From NCBI GenBank assembly GCA_024679065.1, contig JAGIQG010000009.1, positions 109,182,001 through 109,246,000 of the forward strand: a stretch of DNA of 64,000 bases, in the 5' to 3' direction. Source of the DNA: Sphyrna mokarran. Taxonomy: Eukaryota. The notes below the pieces were generated by a model that did not search any database, was not told the origin of the DNA, and saw nothing but the letters and a program-made list of their open reading frames with translations. Below are positions 62,081 through 64,000 of the stretch, one piece after another. The first letter of the stretch is position 1, and every line of letters begins with the position of its first letter. A program made the translations under genes and the position numbers.

Positions 62081-63639
62081 GTGAAAGATGCAGGCGTAAG
62101 TCACCATTTGAGATGATCTTTTTTCAGATAATCGATTAAACCAAATTAAGGGACAAAATAAGAGTTAAAGGGATATTGCATCAAAGAGACGTCACGAGAG
62201 AATGATAAACGACATTGCCAGAAACTTTAACAAGGCCAGGAATGGGAACTTAACCTGACTACGTGGTATTCAGGAGAATGGCAGAAGGAGAAGTTGTTGT
62301 TTGTGGCAGTATTGCTCTAGAAATTAGCGCTATTAGTAATAGAAAAGGATAATATACTGAGAGATCAAAGAATCGATCTGGCTGAAATAAAGGAGCAGCA
62401 GGAACACTGTGTGTAAGCTACAAACAGCTGAATAGTGCAAAGGAGATAATGGACTAAATCTACAGACACATTGCGGAAAAATATCGGAATGATGATAACG
62501 GAAGACTTCAAATATAGCTTCTGATCCTAGGATGGTTAGGGCACAGGCTGAGGGTGTTCGATCCATTATCTATGCTGCTCCTTTGCAAACTCTATCTGGA
62601 TTGAATCTCCTCCCACCCCACCACCAGCCACTCTCCCCTCCTCCCGGCCATTCATTCCAAACACTGGTCCATAACATTACACTCTGGCATCACCTAAACG
62701 CTTCCGAAATGTTGTGAGGATTCTCACCTCATCCACACCCCTTCAGGCAGTGAGTTCCTGATTCCCACCACCCTTTGACAAAGGGTCATCTGGACTCAAA
62801 ACATCAGCTCTTTTTTCTCCTTACGGTTCCTGCTGAGGGTTTTCAGCATTTTCTCTTTTGGTCCTACCATTCTCTACCATCCTTACCTTAAATCTATGCT
62901 CCCTATTGACCTCTCTATTAAAAGGAAAGATTTCTTCTGAGCCACCCTATCCATGTCCCTTATAATCTTGTGTATCCCAGTCAGGTCCCCCCCTCAGCCT
63001 CTCTGCTCCAAGGATAGCCAGCCTCTTCATAGCTGAAACCCCCTCCAGCTCAGGCAGCATCCTGGTGAATCTCCTTCTGCACCCTCTCCAGTACAATCAC
63101 ATCCTTCCTATAGAACTGCACACAGTTCTCCAGCTGTGGCTTCAGGAGTGTTTTGTACAGCTCCATTTTAACCTCTCTGCTCCTTTATTCCATGTCTCGG
63201 CTAATAAAAGGGACGGGAATACTTGGGAGATGACTGATGCAGATTCCATTTACACAGAGGCTTTGAGACATCCGCAGGCGCTGTACAAATGCAGATATTT
63301 GCTGTTTTTTTCCCCCTCCCCCCGCCTTTGGACTCGGATGTCTTTGGACTGGGTTAAATCTCACCCAGAAACCCTATCTGGATGGACGGTGTGGTGGAAG
63401 TGTAAATACAGACTGGAGTGTGTCATAAAAGACCAGTTCGGATCAGTACCACTTTTAATGCGCTTTATTTAGCGAGATTCGACCAAAACGCAGGAAAGGG
63501 CTGGCAGGGGAGCGACGGGCCGAATGGCCGTGACTAAAGCCGACATTTACATAAAATAACAATACAACAAAAAGCAAGGATGCAACTACCCCGCAGGAAA
63601 CATAACATGGAGGAAAGATTGAAACCATTTTCTGTCTAA

Positions 63640-63920
63640 ATAGCTACCGTGTTTCCGGCTCCGGGGCGGATGTTTCAAAGTGAAAGTAACAAAGATTAAG
63701 GTTGGGTTTTTTTTCCCCCTGTTTTGTCCGGCCTGTTTCTTCTCCGTTCTCCAGCTCAAACAAACCGGCAGAGAGACAGAGGGAAGAGAGGTGTTTGATG
63801 TAGCAGCAGGTAAGTGAATGAATGAGAGTGTTATCCTGGACAGTAAAAATTGGTTACATTAGGAAATTACAGCGTTCCCGGGTGGGGACCGCAGCCTCCG
63901 GGTTCAGGGTGGGATTCTCC
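63640..63920 (+). promoter_or_regulatory. Probable promoter and non-coding first exon of a third gene running off the window
   Basis: CpG-containing region with GC box GGGGCGGA (63663-63670), IRF-E AAAGTGAAAGT (63677-63687), perfect donor CAG|GTAAGT (intron starts 63810) and kappaB-like GGGATTCTCC (63911-63920). Confidence 0.55.
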
Positions 63921-64000
63921 ATTTCAATCATTATGAAAAACAAGAGATCAGAGGTTCAGAAATATCTCTGGAACACTAACCACCAGATCCCTATCCAGCG

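Overview
Vertebrate genomic DNA, almost certainly from a cartilaginous fish (shark), judging by the HE1/V-SINE-like SINEs, CR1 (HER1-like) LINEs, DeuSINE-like fragments and Penelope-like elements. Two complete immune genes can be spliced by hand, arranged head-to-head. (1) A minus-strand, 6-coding-exon TRIM gene (RING, B-box2, coiled coil, PRY-SPRY/B30.2): CDS complement(join 7459..8009, 19302..19417, 21517..21539, 22880..23113, 23207..23302, 23391..23801), 1431 nt, 476 aa. (2) A plus-strand, 11-coding-exon butyrophilin (signal peptide, IgV, IgC, TM, six 21/27-nt micro-exons, B30.2): CDS join 40289..40352, 41858..42202, 44330..44608, 46061..46180, 46779..46805, 47881..47907, 48882..48902, 50806..50826, 52492..52518, 54747..54773, 56432..56973, 1500 nt, 499 aa. 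All introns are GT-AG and both frames are open. A consensus ISRE sits at the probable butyrophilin promoter. Near-identical IRF-type motifs sit at the TRIM start and at a third promoter or first exon at the right edge, suggesting an interferon-inducible B30.2 gene cluster resembling the MHC-linked TRIM/BTN region. Notable non-coding structures are a 258-bp near-perfect inverted repeat between the two genes, a G-quadruplex/hairpin minisatellite between two micro-exons, Penelope-type minimal hammerhead ribozyme motifs, and a young CR1/V-SINE chimeric insertion. Most of the remainder is decayed transposon sequence, and most ORFs in the supplied track are spurious. Repeat boundaries are approximate.
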